64,000 bases of DNA, taken from NCBI GenBank assembly GCA_965140705.1, contig OZ223300.1, positions 448,001 through 512,000 of the forward strand. The letters are read 5' to 3'. A model generated the notes under the pieces. That model was not told where the DNA came from, searched no databases, and saw only the letters and a program-made list of their open reading frames with translations. This document shows, one piece after another, positions 60,570 through 64,000 of the stretch (positions within the stretch are counted from its first letter, which is position 1; the number at the start of each line of letters is the position of its first letter). A program made the position numbers and the translations under genes. The DNA comes from an uncultured Arcobacter sp. GTDB taxonomy: Bacteria > Campylobacterota > Campylobacteria > Campylobacterales > Arcobacteraceae.

Positions 60570-61976
60570 ATGAGCAATAGTATGAAAATGGCACTACCAA
60601 TTTTAGTTGCAATCATTGTGGCACTTCTTCCTACACCTGAAGGTTTAGCTGTAAATGCACAATATTTCTTTGCAGTATTTTTAGGAGTAATTGTTGGTTT
60701 GATTTTAGAACCAATTCCACCTGCATTAATAGGTTTAGTAGGTGTTGCTTTTTCTGCAACATTTGGATTAGTTGGTGATAGTGCAAAAGCTTCAGCAAAA
60801 TGGGCTTTAAGTGGGTTCTCTAACGGAGTTATATGGTTGATTTTTGCAGCATTTATGTTTGCTCTTGGTTACAAAAAATCAGGACTTGGTAAAAGAATTG
60901 CATTGATTTTAGTTAAAAAATTAGGTAAAACTACTTTAGGATTAGGATATGCAGTAGCATTTGCAGATGGGGTTCTTGCTCCTTTTATGCCTTCAAATAC
61001 AGCAAGAAGTGCAGGAACAATTTTCCCTATTGCTATTAATATTCCACAAATGTTTGATTCATTACCAGATCATGAACCAAGAAAAATAGGTTCATATATC
61101 TCTTGGGTTGCAATTGCAGCAACTTGTGTGACAAGTTCTATGTTCTTAACAGCACTTGCACCAAATTTACTAGCAGTTTCACTTGTTGAAAAAAACATTG
61201 GTGTTTCAATTAGTTGGGGTAGTTGGTTTGGTACTTTAGCAGTTATTATGATTCCATTGTTTTTACTAGTACCATATCTTGCATATATAGTATATCCACC
61301 AGAACAAAAAGTATCTCCTGAAGCTCCAACATGGGCAGCTAAACAACTTAAAGAGATGGGTTCTATTACTAAAAAAGAAATCACAATGTTATTTTTAGGT
61401 CTTTTGGCTCTTGCAATGTGGATTTTTGGAAGTAAAATTGGAGTAAATAGTACAGTTGCAGCTATTGCGGTACTTTGTTTACTTGTATTATTCGATGTAA
61501 TTAATTGGGAAGATGTAATCACAAATAAAGCAGCTATTAACGTATTTATTTGGTTTGCAACACTTGTAGCCATGGCATCTGGTCTTAAAGAAGTTGGTTA
61601 TTTAAAATGGGCATCTGGATTAATTTCTACTTGGTTAGTTGGATTAGATCCAATAATGATTGGAGTTGTACTATTAGTATTATTCTTCTTATTCCACTAC
61701 TTATTTGCAAGTGTAACTGCACATACAGTAGCATTATTACCATTATTTTTAGGAATAGCAGCAAATTTAGTTCCAGCAGATATGCTTCAACCTCTTGCTA
61801 TTCTTTTTGTAGGGTCATTAGGTCTTATGGGTATCATAACTCCATATGGAACAGGACCATCACCTATTTGGTATGGAGCTGGGTATATTACACAAGCTAC
61901 ATGGTGGAAACTAGGTTTTATTTTTGGAGCTATATATTTAGGAGCGTTAGTTGCTCTTGGATTTGTAATTCTTTAA
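60570..61976 (+). CDS. DASS-family anion (di/tricarboxylate) permease, CitT/TtdT-like
   Basis: ALSGFSN..IWL, GLGKRIAL, PSNTAR, SSMFLTA.APN, HYLFASVTAH, TPYGTGPSP. Confidence 0.9.
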   Translation: MSNSMKMALPILVAIIVALLPTPEGLAVNAQYFFAVFLGVIVGLILEPIPPALIGLVGVAFSATFGLVGDSAKASAKWALSGFSNGVIWLIFAAFMFALGYKKSGLGKRIALILVKKLGKTTLGLGYAVAFADGVLAPFMPSNTARSAGTIFPIAINIPQMFDSLPDHEPRKIGSYISWVAIAATCVTSSMFLTALAPNLLAVSLVEKNIGVSISWGSWFGTLAVIMIPLFLLVPYLAYIVYPPEQKVSPEAPTWAAKQLKEMGSITKKEITMLFLGLLALAMWIFGSKIGVNSTVAAIAVLCLLVLFDVINWEDVITNKAAINVFIWFATLVAMASGLKEVGYLKWASGLISTWLVGLDPIMIGVVLLVLFFLFHYLFASVTAHTVALLPLFLGIAANLVPADMLQPLAILFVGSLGLMGIITPYGTGPSPIWYGAGYITQATWWKLGFIFGAIYLGALVALGFVIL

Positions 61977-61985
61977 ATCAAATAT

Positions 61986-62022
61986 CTAAAAAGATGGTGT
62001 CAACTTTGACATCATCTTTTAG
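61986..62022 (+). terminator. Terminator-like hairpin after the DASS gene
   Basis: CTAAAAAGATGGTGTCAA-CT-TTGACATCATCTTTTAG. Confidence 0.7.
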
Positions 62023-62045
62023 AATGTTTGACTATAATCTCTACT

Positions 62046-64000
62046 ATGAAAAAACTTCTAATAATTTTAGCTTTACAGACATTTCTTTTTGCAAATAGTT
62101 CAATATTAATAATTAACTCATATCATAAAGGATATGAATTTAGTGATAGTATTATAAATGGTATTGAAAAAGTTATATATCCCCACTCTAATATTGACGT
62201 AAATATATTATATATGGATTCTAAAAGAGTTACTTCTAAAGAGTATTATGAAAGTTTAGAAAAACTTTATAGAGTACAATTAAAAAATAGAAAATATGAT
62301 TTAATAATTGCTGTAGATAGATTTGCATATGATTTTGTTTTAGATATTTATAAAGAGTTTTTTGAAAATGAACCAATTCTTGCAGTTGGAATAGAAAATT
62401 TTTCCCAAAAGAAAGCAAAATATTATGGTGTTGAAAATAAAGTATCAGCTCTTCTAGAGAAAAGGGATTTAATAGGTAATGTAGATATTATAAGAACTAT
62501 TTTCCCAAGTATTAGAAAGCTTTACATTATAAATGATAAAAGTTTAAATGCACAACATACTGAACCACTTATTGAAAATCTAATAAAAGACTTTAAAGGT
62601 AAGTTTGATATTGAATATATAATTGAAGATAATTTAGAAATTTTGAAAAAGAAATTTTCCAAAAAAGAAGAGAATAGTGCGGCACTTTTTATAAGGTTTT
62701 ATAAGAATAAAGATGGAAAACTATATAAAAATCAAGAGATAGCAGATTTTATAAAAAATGCACAAATACCTATTTTTGTAACAGATTCAATTTTTATAAA
62801 AAAAGGTGCAACTGGTGGTAAAATAATTGATCTAAATGATTTTGGTAGATTATCAGGTCAAATGGCTTTGGATATATTACATAAAAAATCTCACAAAATA
62901 GTTACATACAAAAATTTAACTTATATCTTTGATTCTCAAAAATTAAGTCAATTTTACCTACCTGTGGATGGTTTATCTATTCCTTACAAATTAATTAATA
63001 AAAGACCTACTTTTTATGAAAAACATAGAGGGTTTATCAATCTTGTATTTACTATTTCTCCTTTGTTACTCTTTCTAATATTAGGACTTATTCACAATAT
63101 TTATATGAGAAAGCAAGTTGAAAAGGACTTAAGAAGAAGAATAGAATTCGATGAAACACTTTTAAATGCAATAGAAAGCCCAATATTTTGGCAGGACTCT
63201 AAAGGTGTAGTTGTTGATTCAAATAATACTTTTTGTAAGCTTTTAGGTATTAAATGCGACGATTTATATGGAAAAAAACTTGAAGATTTTATCGAAAATA
63301 AAAACGTTGAGAAAATTATAAAAGTAATAGCAAATTATAATTTAGATTCAGAAGAAAATAATGAATTTAATTTTACTGATAGTAAGAGAAAAAAGAAAAT
63401 TTATCTTATAAAACAAGAACGATTTAAAGATGAGAAAATGAAATCAGAAGGTTATGTTACTATTTTTACTGATATTACAAAAGAGAGAGAAATAACCATT
63501 GAGAAACAAAAAAATAGACAATTTGTTATTCAACAAAGTAAATTAGCTGAAATTGGTGAAGTATTTTCTTCTATTGCCCATCAATGGAAATCTCCTCTTG
63601 TAGAAATAACAGCAATTGCACAAGAACTTTTTTATTCAAAAAAATGTGGAGAAATAAAAGAAGATGATAGTTTTGTAAAAGATATAATGAATCAAGTATC
63701 ATATATGACAAATACTATAAATGAATTTCAAAAATTTATTATGCCATCCAATAAGAAAATCGACTTTAATATAAAAGAAGCTATTGAGAGAATGCTTGAA
63801 ATTATACATCATAATATAAAATATAATAGTATTAATATAAATTTGGATATAAAAAAAGATACAAATTTGATTGTATATGGGTATAAAAATGAGTTTATGC
63901 AGTCATTTTTGAATATTGTAAATAATGCAAAAGATGCTCTTTTACATAATGATTATAAAAATAGAAAAATAGAAATAAAAGTTTTTAATGAAGATAATCA
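62046..64000 (+). CDS. Partial sensor histidine kinase (periplasmic substrate-binding-like domain plus PAS), runs off the window; not in ORF track
   Basis: MKKLLIILALQTFLFA signal, INSYHKGYEFSD, YMDSKR, TM, PAS (PIFWQD), EIGEVFSSIAHQWKSPL, NIVNNAKDA. Confidence 0.9.
   Translation, partial: MKKLLIILALQTFLFANSSILIINSYHKGYEFSDSIINGIEKVIYPHSNIDVNILYMDSKRVTSKEYYESLEKLYRVQLKNRKYDLIIAVDRFAYDFVLDIYKEFFENEPILAVGIENFSQKKAKYYGVENKVSALLEKRDLIGNVDIIRTIFPSIRKLYIINDKSLNAQHTEPLIENLIKDFKGKFDIEYIIEDNLEILKKKFSKKEENSAALFIRFYKNKDGKLYKNQEIADFIKNAQIPIFVTDSIFIKKGATGGKIIDLNDFGRLSGQMALDILHKKSHKIVTYKNLTYIFDSQKLSQFYLPVDGLSIPYKLINKRPTFYEKHRGFINLVFTISPLLLFLILGLIHNIYMRKQVEKDLRRRIEFDETLLNAIESPIFWQDSKGVVVDSNNTFCKLLGIKCDDLYGKKLEDFIENKNVEKIIKVIANYNLDSEENNEFNFTDSKRKKKIYLIKQERFKDEKMKSEGYVTIFTDITKEREITIEKQKNRQFVIQQSKLAEIGEVFSSIAHQWKSPLVEITAIAQELFYSKKCGEIKEDDSFVKDIMNQVSYMTNTINEFQKFIMPSNKKIDFNIKEAIERMLEIIHHNIKYNSININLDIKKDTNLIVYGYKNEFMQSFLNIVNNAKDALLHNDYKNRKIEIKVFNEDN

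Overview
Very AT-rich bacterial chromosomal segment. Gene content and order (ctpA-purC-purS-purQ-plsC-crcB; rsfS-nadD / gap-pgk-tpiA-fabI; lysA-HAD-pheA-hisC-dxs; many HQW-type histidine kinases) point to Campylobacterota, most likely Arcobacteraceae (inference). From left to right it contains: the end of a MacAB-type ABC exporter; an iron-uptake operon preceded by a Fur-like box (an unlisted 44-aa HemP/HmuP ORF, a Fiu/PiuA-type TonB receptor, PiuC, an FMN alpha-hydroxy-acid oxidase, a PepSY protein); a probable light/photo-oxidative-stress cluster (photolyase, CrtI/CrtD-like oxidoreductase, LytS/LytTR pair, exported GPx, SRPBCC, ferrochelatase, ABC1 kinase, phasin-like protein); chemotaxis and two-component genes; three tRNAs; an orphan flagellin; a long housekeeping block; several transporters; alaS; trxA-trxB; a DASS transporter; and a sensor kinase running off the end. 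I found no CRISPR array, integrase or transposase. Main signals not explained by the ORF track: (1) a shared CTAC(T/C)AAT-N16-TAnnnT promoter motif in front of all three transcription units of the stress cluster; (2) two ~147-bp hairpin repeats carrying the core motifs of enterobacterial ERIC elements; (3) an orphan promoter-hairpin-antiSD-terminator unit that looks like an sRNA; (4) TAGCCAGC direct repeats that can fold back onto the TonB receptor RBS, directly downstream of hemP; (5) non-canonical ATA/ATT starts, a missed 38-aa membrane ORF, and a sharp codon-usage switch inside trxB.
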